The notes beneath the pieces are model-generated. The model made no database searches and had not been told where the DNA came from. It saw nothing but the letters and a program-made list of their open reading frames with translations. 64,000 nt of DNA from a candidate division FCPU426 bacterium (GTDB taxonomy: Bacteria > Oederibacteriota > Muellerivitia > Muellerivitales > Muellerivitaceae), in assembly GCA_963771075.1 (NCBI GenBank), contig CAVYSE010000011.1, forward strand, positions 1-64,000. The letters run 5' to 3'. Both the position numbers and the translations under genes were made by a program. Shown here in pieces: positions 1-8,329 of the stretch (position 1 is its first letter; each line of letters opens with the position of its first letter).

Positions 1-332
1 AGGGGAAGGGGGTGTGACGAGGATCACCGAAGGTAGCCGAGGCCAGGGGGAAGGCTTTCCCCCCCAAAAAGGAAAAATTTTGCGGCTTATCTGAAATTCA
101 ATTATCAGTTCTTTTGGACTGGGACAGATTGGTCGGCGGACAGCACCGAAAACGATGCTGTCCGTTTTCTTTTTTAAGAATTTTTCCCAAGAAATTCACG
201 GAATTAGAAGCGGATTCCTTGGCGGATATTGTGTTTTTATAGTTTATTGCCTTGCTTACTTTTGGGAAATTCTTTTGCCCCTGCTAGAATGCTGGACTAG
301 GATTATTCGGTACTTAAGAGACCGGGAGAACT

Positions 333-1208
333 GTGTTGAAAGTGCTTGTCGGCGGAAAAATTGAAAGCAACTTTGAAGGCTTTTCACGGCTCATCGAAGT
401 TTATGACGAACTGAAGACCTACGATTTCGAAGACATTGAAATAGATATGTCCCTCGTTGATTGGTTTGATGCGAATATGTGTTCGCCTTTTGGGGCTTTG
501 CTCCACAAAATTTCCCACAACGTGAATAACGTTTCGTTGGTGCGCGTGCAGTCAAAAATTGAAAGTGTCCTCTCGAAAAATAAGTTCTTAAGTTATTATG
601 GTCGTTCTCCAAAGGTGGACACTTGGGGCACTACCGTTGAATTCAAGCACTTTGATGAGAAAGATGAAAGCTACTTCGGGCATTACATTGAGGAAAGTTT
701 GGTCGGAAAGGGATTGCCGACCATGACAAAAGTATTAATGCGGAAGTTTCGGGAGAGCTTGTTTGAGATTTTCAGCAACGCGATCATCCACTCAGGGACT
801 AACCTCGGCATCTTTTCCTGCGGGCAATATTTTCCAGCTAAAAAAAGGTTCGATTTTTCCATTACTGATTTGGGGATTGGTTTTAAGGAGAATATAAAGC
901 ATAAAGCAAGGCTTGATCTTACGCCTGTCGAGGCTATTTCATGGGCCGTGGACGGAAGGAACACCACCAAAACCGGGCCGATTCCCGGAGGGCTGGGGTT
1001 GAAATTGCTCAAAGAGTTCATAGAAATGAACAAAGGCCGAATCCAAATCGCTTCGGATTCCGGCTATTGGCTATTGTATAATGGGGTTGTTTCAACTAAG
1101 GTTTTGCCGCACCCGTTCCCCGGTACGGTGGTCAATGTTGAGATCAATACGGCAGATAGAAAATCATACCGATTGAGTTCTGAAATTGACCCCGATGATA
1201 TTTTTTGA
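333..1208 (+). CDS. GHKL (HATPase_c) kinase/ATPase with N-terminal STAS-like domain, no His phosphoacceptor box
   Basis: N-box LFEIFSNAIIHS, G1 ITDLGIGF, G2 GGLGLKLL, C-terminal GTVVNVEI; N-terminal IEIDMSLVDWFDAN resembles a STAS core. Confidence 0.85.
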   Translation: MLKVLVGGKIESNFEGFSRLIEVYDELKTYDFEDIEIDMSLVDWFDANMCSPFGALLHKISHNVNNVSLVRVQSKIESVLSKNKFLSYYGRSPKVDTWGTTVEFKHFDEKDESYFGHYIEESLVGKGLPTMTKVLMRKFRESLFEIFSNAIIHSGTNLGIFSCGQYFPAKKRFDFSITDLGIGFKENIKHKARLDLTPVEAISWAVDGRNTTKTGPIPGGLGLKLLKEFIEMNKGRIQIASDSGYWLLYNGVVSTKVLPHPFPGTVVNVEINTADRKSYRLSSEIDPDDIF

Positions 1209-1225
1209 CGAAATACGAGGCGAAA

Positions 1226-1576
1226 ATGGGAGACAGACAGCTTATGCGAATCAATGAGATCGTCGGAAGCCATCTAGGTGTGGCCTCGGAGGATGGACAA
1301 AAAGTACACGACCAAATCGCCAAGGCTTTGCGTGAAGACAGACCGGTGGAACTTTCATTTTTGAACATTGATGGATTGACTTCCGCTTTCCTTAATTCCG
1401 CCATCGGCCAACTTTATGGGGAATTTCCAACAGAGGAAATCCGCAAAAACCTTTCGGTGACTGAAATGCGGAAAGATGATATTGCGCTTTTAAAACGCGT
1501 TGTGGACACGGCAAAGGAATATTTCAAAGACCCTAAGCGGTTCGACCAAGCGAGGAAACAGGTTACAGGTTTATAA
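1226..1576 (+). CDS. STAS-like domain protein (DUF4325-like)
   Basis: VELSFLNIDGLTSAFLNSAIGQLY motif; GAGG RBS before ATG 1226. Confidence 0.8.
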   Translation: MGDRQLMRINEIVGSHLGVASEDGQKVHDQIAKALREDRPVELSFLNIDGLTSAFLNSAIGQLYGEFPTEEIRKNLSVTEMRKDDIALLKRVVDTAKEYFKDPKRFDQARKQVTGL

Positions 1577-2107
1577 ATGGGGAAAGCACATCCCATATCC
1601 TCCTACCGGTTTAAAGCAAGTGACAATTATTTTTTCGATGCAAATGTTTGGTTGGTCATTGACGGCCCTCAAGGTAATCCCAAAGACGCTAAGACAATCG
1701 CTTATTCATCCGCCCTCAAGGAAATTCTACGGCTAAATGCACCCATTTCGATTGATGTTTTGGTGCTCTCCGAGTTTATCAATCGCTATGCCCGGATAAG
1801 GTACACCAGTTCAAAATCGTCCATTGACTTTAAGCAATTCCGAAACAGCCCTGCTTTTAAGCCTATCGCGTTGGAAATTTCTTCTGCCGCCCGGCGGATC
1901 ATAGCCATGAGCCGGAGGGTGGAAAGCCTTTTCCACTCGGTTGATATTCAAAAAGTTTTAGCCGACTACGAAAAGGGCGACTCCGATTTCAACGACACGA
2001 TAATCGGCGAGCTTTGTAAATCCAATGGGATGATTCTGGTTACTCATGACGCTGACTTCAAAGCTAGCGGCCTTACTATCCTGACAGCTAATCGAAAACT
2101 TATTTAA
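1577..2107 (+). CDS. PIN domain ribonuclease
   Basis: Acidic tetrad FFDANV / LSEFIN / DFNDTII / VTHDADF; ATG directly abuts the upstream TAA. Confidence 0.85.
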   Translation: MGKAHPISSYRFKASDNYFFDANVWLVIDGPQGNPKDAKTIAYSSALKEILRLNAPISIDVLVLSEFINRYARIRYTSSKSSIDFKQFRNSPAFKPIALEISSAARRIIAMSRRVESLFHSVDIQKVLADYEKGDSDFNDTIIGELCKSNGMILVTHDADFKASGLTILTANRKLI

Positions 2108-2357
2108 ACGACGTAATTATTTGAAACTCGATAAAGGGTTGGCAATTTTCGTCACATTAACCGGTGTCATATACGTGTCAAACTCGTCCATCGAAATCGG
2201 GTTTTGACCGTCGCCAAGTGTCCTTGACCGTCACCCATAAAAAAGGCCTCTGCCTGCCCTGGTCTTTAAAACCAGTGCAAACAAAGGCCTGTTCAATGCT
2301 GATGGGGACTATAAATTTTTACAACTTGCTCGCCGGAAAAGGCTTGAGTCTCTTGGG

Positions 2358-2400
2358 CTGATTTCGAGTCAGACGCATTCGACCACTCTGCCATCTCTCC
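2358..2400 (-). tRNA. tRNA-Ser(CGA) 5' fragment (acceptor 5' strand, D arm, anticodon arm only); probable att site
   Basis: Minus strand reads GGAGAGATGGCAGAGTGGTCGAATGCGTCTGA-CTCGAAA-TCAG, then no variable arm or TTCGA T-loop follows. Confidence 0.8.
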
Positions 2401-2530
2401 GGGTCAAAACACTGTTATGTTTGTGGTTTCGCCTTGGTCAAAACCAGACACTTAAACTGAGATTGCCAAGTCATAAACGTCCCGCCATTCGCGGGCCATT
2501 CCTCGCAAGGACGATTAAACCACTACCTGA

Positions 2531-2567
2531 GAAAAAAACGGCGCATCCCCCTTGGGGACGCGCCGTT
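2531..2567 (-). terminator. Rho-independent terminator on the minus strand
   Basis: AACGGCGCGTCCCC-AAG-GGGGATGCGCCGTT followed by a T run on the minus strand. Confidence 0.6.
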
Positions 2568-2683
2568 CAATTCGGTCCCTATTGTAAGGGAAAAAGGGGG
2601 TGTTTTGTCATCCGAGAAAACACGACAAGACTCGGGTGATGTTATGATAAGCGGGTTGTTCAACGCTTATTTTGGAGTCGGCT

Positions 2684-3331
2684 ATGGCCAAACTTTCCCT
2701 GCAAACCTTGCCCCGGGATTACCGCAATCGCGGAATTCTTGAGAAAAAGGTTCCCCCCAACCCCTTCCAGCTTTTCCAGAAATGGTTTAAGGAGGCAATG
2801 AGGGCCCAAACCATGGACGTGACCGCTTTCACCTTGGCGACATGTTCAGAAAAGGGCAGGCCATCTTTGCGGACCCTTCTTTTGAAGGGTTTCGATACCC
2901 GGGGTTTTGTTTTTTATACCAATTATGAAAGCCTCAAGGGGCAAGAGATCGATAAAAATCCAGTGGGAAGCATGCTCTTTTACTGGGACGTCCTGGTGCG
3001 GCAAGTCCGTATCGAGGGGAAGATTCAAAAAGTTTCCGCGAAAGAATCGGACCAATATTTCGCCCTCAGGCCGCGGCTTAACCAGCTTTCCTCCTGGGCC
3101 TCAGTTCAAAGCCGGGTCATCCCGAACCGTAAATTTTTCGAGGACCGGATGGAACGTTACGACCGGGAGTTCAAGAACCGGCCCGTGCCCAGGCCTCCTC
3201 ACTGGGGCGGATATGTTTTAGCCCCAAACGAATTTGAATTTTGGTTTGGACGGGCCAACCGGTTGCATGACCGGCTTCGTTATCGGCTGCGGCCAAACGG
3301 CAAGTGGTTAATGGACCGGCTTTCGCCTTAA
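2684..3331 (+). CDS. pdxH: Pyridoxamine 5'-phosphate oxidase
   Basis: RTLLLKG, FVFYTNYESLKG, RQVRIEG, PHWGG, EFWFGRANRLHDR, RLSP terminus. Confidence 0.95.
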   Translation: MAKLSLQTLPRDYRNRGILEKKVPPNPFQLFQKWFKEAMRAQTMDVTAFTLATCSEKGRPSLRTLLLKGFDTRGFVFYTNYESLKGQEIDKNPVGSMLFYWDVLVRQVRIEGKIQKVSAKESDQYFALRPRLNQLSSWASVQSRVIPNRKFFEDRMERYDREFKNRPVPRPPHWGGYVLAPNEFEFWFGRANRLHDRLRYRLRPNGKWLMDRLSP

Positions 3332-3353
3332 TTGAAAGGAAGGCCTGATAATT

Positions 3354-3378
3354 CACTAGAGACACGGAGACACCGAGA
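3354..3378. repeat. Single arm of the 9-bp-periodic repeat family
   Basis: CACTAGAGACACGGAGACACCGAGA. Confidence 0.65.
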
Positions 3379-3467
3379 AAATCTTTTTTAGATGCTGGCA
3401 ACATCGGAAATCAATCCTTGGGGATGCCTCTAGCAAAATCTCAAGTTATTAGAAGCTGACGATTCGC

Positions 3468-4232
3468 ATGAAAGATTTCACACACATGAAAAATAAAATC
3501 GCCGACCTGCGCCGGGAATATAACCCCGAACCCGTTCCAAGGGGACGCCGGTTGAACCCTTTTCATTTTTCCAGGTATTGGTTCCAACAGGCCCTTCGGG
3601 GCTTGGCCGTGATGAAGCGCGAGTATGGAAAAGGTGGGTTGAAGGAAGAAACGGCTTCACCGAATCCCTTCCAGCTCTTCCAGCTTTGGTTCTCGGACGC
3701 TTTGAACGCCAGGTTACTCGATCCCAATGCCATGACCCTTTCCACCTTGGGCTTGGACGGAAGGCCCGCCTTGCGCACGGTTCTTTTAAAGGGTGTGGAT
3801 CCAAAGGGATTCGTCTTCTTTACCAATTACGAAAGCCAAAAGGGAAGGGAATTGACCCGCCGGGGTGTGGCGGGGCTTTTGTTCTATTGGCCCGCCTTGG
3901 CCCGCCAGGTGCGAGTGGATGGGTGGGTGGCCCGGGTGAGCGCCCATGAATCCGACGCCTATTTTCAAAGCCGTCCCCGGGGGAGCCAAATTTCAGCCTG
4001 GGTATCCCGGCAAAGCCAAAGGGTTTCTGGCCGGCCCTTTCTTGAAGGGAAGATGGCCGACTATGAGGAAAAATTTAAGGGAAAAAAAGTACCCCGGCCT
4101 TCCTATTGGGGCGGGTTCAGGCTCATCCCCGACCGGTTCGAGTTCTGGAGCGGGAAACCCAACCGTCTTCATGACCGTTTGAGATATATCCGAAAAGGTA
4201 CCCGGTGGTTTCGGGAAAGATTGTCCCCATAG
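3468..4232 (+). CDS. pdxH: Pyridoxamine 5'-phosphate oxidase, second copy with duplicated N-terminal segment
   Basis: IADLRREY, RTVLLKG, FFTNYESQKG, EFWSGKPNRLHDR, RLSP. Confidence 0.93.
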   Translation: MKDFTHMKNKIADLRREYNPEPVPRGRRLNPFHFSRYWFQQALRGLAVMKREYGKGGLKEETASPNPFQLFQLWFSDALNARLLDPNAMTLSTLGLDGRPALRTVLLKGVDPKGFVFFTNYESQKGRELTRRGVAGLLFYWPALARQVRVDGWVARVSAHESDAYFQSRPRGSQISAWVSRQSQRVSGRPFLEGKMADYEEKFKGKKVPRPSYWGGFRLIPDRFEFWSGKPNRLHDRLRYIRKGTRWFRERLSP

Positions 4233-4426
4233 TTTATGGCAAGAATAAGACATCTTTCACCACATGCCGACCTTCCATAAAGCATTTAGCGGTCGGTAAA
4301 GTTCCCTTTTTTTTGACCCCGTTGGGACAAATGGTAAAGGGATAGGGTTAAGAATAAGGGTAGGTTGTATTTTTTTGAAATGCGCCTTTGAGGTCCCGAA
4401 GGGACCTGTGGTAATAATGAGGACCC

Positions 4427-6988
4427 ATGGAACAGACTAAAACCCGCGGTAAGTTGATGCAAACCGCCGGAATCCTCTTCACCCTCCTCCTTTTTTTCGC
4501 GGCGCTTTTTATCCTGCGCCGGGAAGTCAAGCTGAGCCATACGGACGACGTGGTTCATTACCTGCGCCAGATCCCCTACCAGCAATTTTTTATGGCCTTC
4601 CTATCCGCCATGGGCAGTTATTTCGCCCTCACCCTCTATGATTTCCTCGGGATAAAACATACCGGAAAAAAACTGGCCTATGGCAAAGCGGCCCTGACCT
4701 CCTTCATTGCCTACGCCTTCAGCCACAATATCGGGGGGTCCGTACTGATGGGCGGCGGCATCCGCTACCGCCTTTATTCCGCCTGGGGAATTACGGCGGG
4801 GGAAGCCGCGAAAATCGTGCTACTCTGCGCCATGACCTTTTGGGTCGGTTTTTTCACCATGGGAAGTGTCTTCTTTTTCCTGCAGCCGCCCGAATTGCCC
4901 CCTTCCATCCACTTGCCTTTCAATTCGGTTTTCTCGGCGGGGGTTTTCAGCCTTATTCTTATCACGATCTATCTTTGCGCCAGCATCCTGCTCAAACACA
5001 CCTTGAGGCTGGGTAAGTGGGAATTCCCGCCTCCCTCCCTCGGCTTGGCCTTGGGCCAAATGGCCGTTGGGAGCCTGGATTGGATTTGCTCGGGAACGGC
5101 CCTCTATTTGTTGTTACCACCCAATTCCCTTTCGTTGCCTTCCTTCATGGCTATTTATTTGTTGGCTCAGATCGCGGGTTTTGCCAGTCAAATGCCGGGG
5201 GGATTGGGAATCTTGGAAACGGTCGTGATGCTTCTCCTTACCCCGGCCTTGAGGGCGCCGGATGTGCTGGGGGCGCTGCTGGCCTTTCGCCTTGTTTATT
5301 ACCTGATCCCCTTTATCCTCGCGCTCATCACTTTCGCGGTCGTGGAGATCATCCGGAACCGCCAGGGGTTCACCCGGGCCCTCCAAATCATCAACCGTTG
5401 GATCCCCGATTTTGGCCCGCCGGTCTTCGCTTTTTTCACCTTCGCGGCGGGCGCGATGCTGCTCTTTTTCAATGTGACTCCCGAGCATCCCCGGCGAATC
5501 GTTTGGTTGGGCGAGTTTGTCCAGCTTCCCCTCATTGAGTTTTCCCATTTCATGGTGGGCCTGGTCGCGGCGGGGCTTCTCCTGACCGCCCGGGGCCTTC
5601 AAAAACGCCTGGTCGGCTCCCATACGACGGCGCTGGTCCTGTCGGGTTTGGGCGTCCTAGGATGCCTGTTCAAGGGTTTTGATTACCAGGAGAGCATCTT
5701 ATTGTTGGTCTTGTTCCTCACCCTTTTGGCCACCCGTCCCCTCTTTCCCCGGAAGTCTTCCCTGGTCCAGCAAAAGTACCCGACGATTTGGGTGGCGGCC
5801 ATTCTCTTCGTCTGGCTGGGTTCCATCTGGGTGGGTTTTTTTTCCTACCGGACGGTGGAGGAATATTCGATGGATCTATGGACGACCTTTGATCTTTCCT
5901 CCGATCCAGCCCGTTTTCTCCGTTCCACGATGGGAACCAGCATGGTACTGATCGTTTTCTCACTGATCGCGCTTTTTTCCACGACCCAACCTGAAACCGA
6001 ATTGCCGGATGAGAAAACCCTGGGCCGGGTCAAGGATATATTGAAAAACACCCCTCGGGCCTCCTCCCTGTTGGCCCTGCTGGGGGACAAAGCCATCCTC
6101 TTCAATAAAAGGGAAGACACCTTTTTGATGTACGCCATCGAGGGAAAATGCTGGGTGACCCTGGGTGATCCGGTGGGTGCGGAAAAGGAAAGGGAGGACT
6201 TGGCATTGCGGTTTAAGGAGATTTGCCGGAAGAAGAAAGCCTGGGCCCTCTTTTACCTGGTTCACCCGGAACATTTCAACTTTTATCTCGACATGGGGCT
6301 GACCGTCTTAAAAGTCGCGGAAGCGGCAAGGGTCGACCTGGCGCAATTCAACCCGGAGACCCTTCCAAGCACCGAACTACGCGGAACTTACCAGCATTAC
6401 AAGTCGAAAGAGGAGTTCAGTTTCGAGGTGTTGGAACCGCCCTACGAACCCTCCTTGATCGGGCAATTGAGAACTGTCTCTGAGAATTGGTTGACTCTCC
6501 GCAAGACAAGGGAAAAAGGTTTTTCCACCGGTTTTTTTAATCCGGCTTATCTCCAGCAATTTCCATTAGCTTTAGTCCGGGAAGAAGGCAGGATCACCGG
6601 GTTTGCCTGTCTTCGAATGGCCCCCGCCGCGGGTGAAGCGGCCTTGGATCTTTTACGCAGCGATTCGGAGGACAGGGCTCTTTTGGAGGATTACCTCACG
6701 ATGGAGGCCATGGTTTGGTCCAAACAAAAGGGGATGAAGTGGTTCCACCTGGGGCATGCCTCCCTACCCAACCAGGCCCAAGGAGCCCTGGCGCCGTTCG
6801 AAAGCTGGATCCCTGGACTGCTATCGCCCCATTCCAAAGCCGACCAGGCCCTGGAGGCCCGGCGCCGGAGGGACCGGTATAATCCCGAGTGGATGCCACG
6901 CTACCTGGCCGCGCCCAGTGAGGTTCCCCTTTCCCTGGTCTTCGCCAATATCCACGCCTTGATCTCGCGCTGGGGTCAGATGGGATAA
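4427..6988 (+). CDS. mprF: Bifunctional aminoacyl-phosphatidylglycerol flippase/synthase
   Basis: Multi-TM N-terminus with GGGIRYRLYSAWG and PGGLGILE; C-terminal LALLGDK, LGDPVG, EKGFSTGFF, PEWMPRYLA. Confidence 0.92.
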   Translation: MEQTKTRGKLMQTAGILFTLLLFFAALFILRREVKLSHTDDVVHYLRQIPYQQFFMAFLSAMGSYFALTLYDFLGIKHTGKKLAYGKAALTSFIAYAFSHNIGGSVLMGGGIRYRLYSAWGITAGEAAKIVLLCAMTFWVGFFTMGSVFFFLQPPELPPSIHLPFNSVFSAGVFSLILITIYLCASILLKHTLRLGKWEFPPPSLGLALGQMAVGSLDWICSGTALYLLLPPNSLSLPSFMAIYLLAQIAGFASQMPGGLGILETVVMLLLTPALRAPDVLGALLAFRLVYYLIPFILALITFAVVEIIRNRQGFTRALQIINRWIPDFGPPVFAFFTFAAGAMLLFFNVTPEHPRRIVWLGEFVQLPLIEFSHFMVGLVAAGLLLTARGLQKRLVGSHTTALVLSGLGVLGCLFKGFDYQESILLLVLFLTLLATRPLFPRKSSLVQQKYPTIWVAAILFVWLGSIWVGFFSYRTVEEYSMDLWTTFDLSSDPARFLRSTMGTSMVLIVFSLIALFSTTQPETELPDEKTLGRVKDILKNTPRASSLLALLGDKAILFNKREDTFLMYAIEGKCWVTLGDPVGAEKEREDLALRFKEICRKKKAWALFYLVHPEHFNFYLDMGLTVLKVAEAARVDLAQFNPETLPSTELRGTYQHYKSKEEFSFEVLEPPYEPSLIGQLRTVSENWLTLRKTREKGFSTGFFNPAYLQQFPLALVREEGRITGFACLRMAPAAGEAALDLLRSDSEDRALLEDYLTMEAMVWSKQKGMKWFHLGHASLPNQAQGALAPFESWIPGLLSPHSKADQALEARRRRDRYNPEWMPRYLAAPSEVPLSLVFANIHALISRWGQMG

Positions 6989-7001
6989 TAAAACCAAATT
7001 C

Positions 7002-7028
7002 CAACGCAAAGACGCTAAGACGCCAAGA
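7002..7028. repeat. Single arm of the periodic repeat family
   Basis: CAACGCAAAGACGCTAAGACGCCAAGA. Confidence 0.65.
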
Positions 7029-7040
7029 GAGGCTGAACCT

Positions 7041-7643
7041 TTGATTTTTAAAAAGACCCTTTTGGGATTGGGCCTGTTGATCGGGCTGGTTTTTTTCTCC
7101 GGTTGCGCGCCGGTGGGATATGAAATCAAGGGCAACGGCACCCAAGCCACACCGGAGGAAGCCATCCGGAACGCCGAGTATTACCTTCACACCAAACCTA
7201 ACTGGAAAATCGACTGCTCGCATTTCGTCATGGCCTGCTACCATTCCCCCGAAATGGACCGTTTTTTCGAGAAATACAGCTACCTGAACAACAACCTGAC
7301 CAAAGACCTGAGAATTTACCTGGAAAAGAAAAAAACGAGACGTCCGAAAGCCGCGGATATAAGGCCGGGGGACATCCTGATTTTCAACAAGACTTATGAT
7401 AAAAACCATGACGGCCATATCGATGACAGGGATACGGATACCCATTGCGCCCTGGTGGAAAGCTTCAAGAACTGGCTGGTGACTTATATTGACGCCTCCG
7501 AGGACAGGAAACCTCCGCGCATCCACCGGCGCAAGTTCAGCTTTTATGGTGACAAGGACAATGAAACCGTGGCGCATGACCGGGCTACGGGAAGAAGAAT
7601 CAGGGCGAGGGAAACTTTTAGCGCGGCTTTCGGAGCACCCTGA
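7041..7643 (+). CDS. NlpC/P60-like lipoprotein
   Basis: Lipobox FFSGC; IDCSHFV catalytic Cys, RPGDILIF, THCALV His. Confidence 0.7.
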   Translation: MIFKKTLLGLGLLIGLVFFSGCAPVGYEIKGNGTQATPEEAIRNAEYYLHTKPNWKIDCSHFVMACYHSPEMDRFFEKYSYLNNNLTKDLRIYLEKKKTRRPKAADIRPGDILIFNKTYDKNHDGHIDDRDTDTHCALVESFKNWLVTYIDASEDRKPPRIHRRKFSFYGDKDNETVAHDRATGRRIRARETFSAAFGAP

Positions 7644-7812
7644 CGTAGAGAAAATTCCTTATGAAGACAATCTATTAGGGCATAGGAAGAATCGGCGGGG
7701 TGTCCACGATGGGGAGCCGGAGTGGACAATAAAAGTTTAGACCTTCCTGGTTGATTCCCAATAGAATATGTAGCCTTGTGTCGGGAAGTTCATTTCAAAA
7801 AGGGATTGATCC

Positions 7813-8286
7813 ATGATTCATGTCGTTCTCATTGAGCCGGAAATACCCTGGAATACGGGCAACATTGGGCGCACCTGCCTGGGGGCGGGGGCCGAACTGC
7901 ACCTGGTGGGACGGTTGGGTTTCCATTTAGACGAGAAAGAGCTCCAAAGGGCGGGCCTGGATTATTGGGAAAAGGTCAATCCCCATCGCTATCCGACCTG
8001 GGACAAATTCCTCGATAAACTTGACCCGGCCCTTCCGATCATGTTCCTTTCCACGAAAGGTTCCCGGGTTTACTGGGATGCGGATTTTTCCCGTGGGGCC
8101 TACCTGATTTTCGGCAAGGAAACGGCGGGATTGCCTAAGGATTTTTACGAGATCTACAAGGACCAAATGTACCGGATCCCACAGGCGGACGACTCCATCC
8201 GCAGCCTAAACCTTTCAACTTCAGTGGGGATTGTCCTTTATGAGGCCGTCCGGCAGAACCAGTTCCAGCTCGACCCCCTCAAATAG
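7813..8286 (+). CDS. trmL: tRNA (cytidine/uridine(34)-2'-O)-methyltransferase
   Basis: EPEIPWNTGNIGRTC, RAGLDYW, FGKETAGL, RSLNLS. Confidence 0.95.
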   Translation: MIHVVLIEPEIPWNTGNIGRTCLGAGAELHLVGRLGFHLDEKELQRAGLDYWEKVNPHRYPTWDKFLDKLDPALPIMFLSTKGSRVYWDADFSRGAYLIFGKETAGLPKDFYEIYKDQMYRIPQADDSIRSLNLSTSVGIVLYEAVRQNQFQLDPLK

Positions 8287-8329
8287 GTTTTTCTTGGAGG
8301 CCTCCCGGCCCCCTGGATATGATGGGCCC

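Larger units (their letters stand above)
1..2357. mobile_element. Right end of a putative tRNA-Ser-integrated genomic island (extends left beyond the window)
   Basis: AT-richer composition than the rest of the window, accessory cargo, short direct repeats at 2164-2232, truncated tRNA at the boundary; no integrase in the window. Confidence 0.6.

Noticed and set aside
136..164. CGGACAGCA-N-TGCTGTCCG hairpin as an oriT or element end
   Set aside because: A single hairpin followed by Ts, more simply a terminator; there is not enough context in the window.
2330..2400. Complete or intron-containing tRNA-Ser
   Set aside because: No variable arm or T-loop follows, the break is after the anticodon loop, and no 3' exon is seen in the window.
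2421..2650. G-GGA-AAA slippery site plus pseudoknot as a -1 frameshift into pdxH
   Set aside because: The -1 frame hits TGA TAA at 2645-2650 before pdxH, and the upstream ORF looks non-coding.
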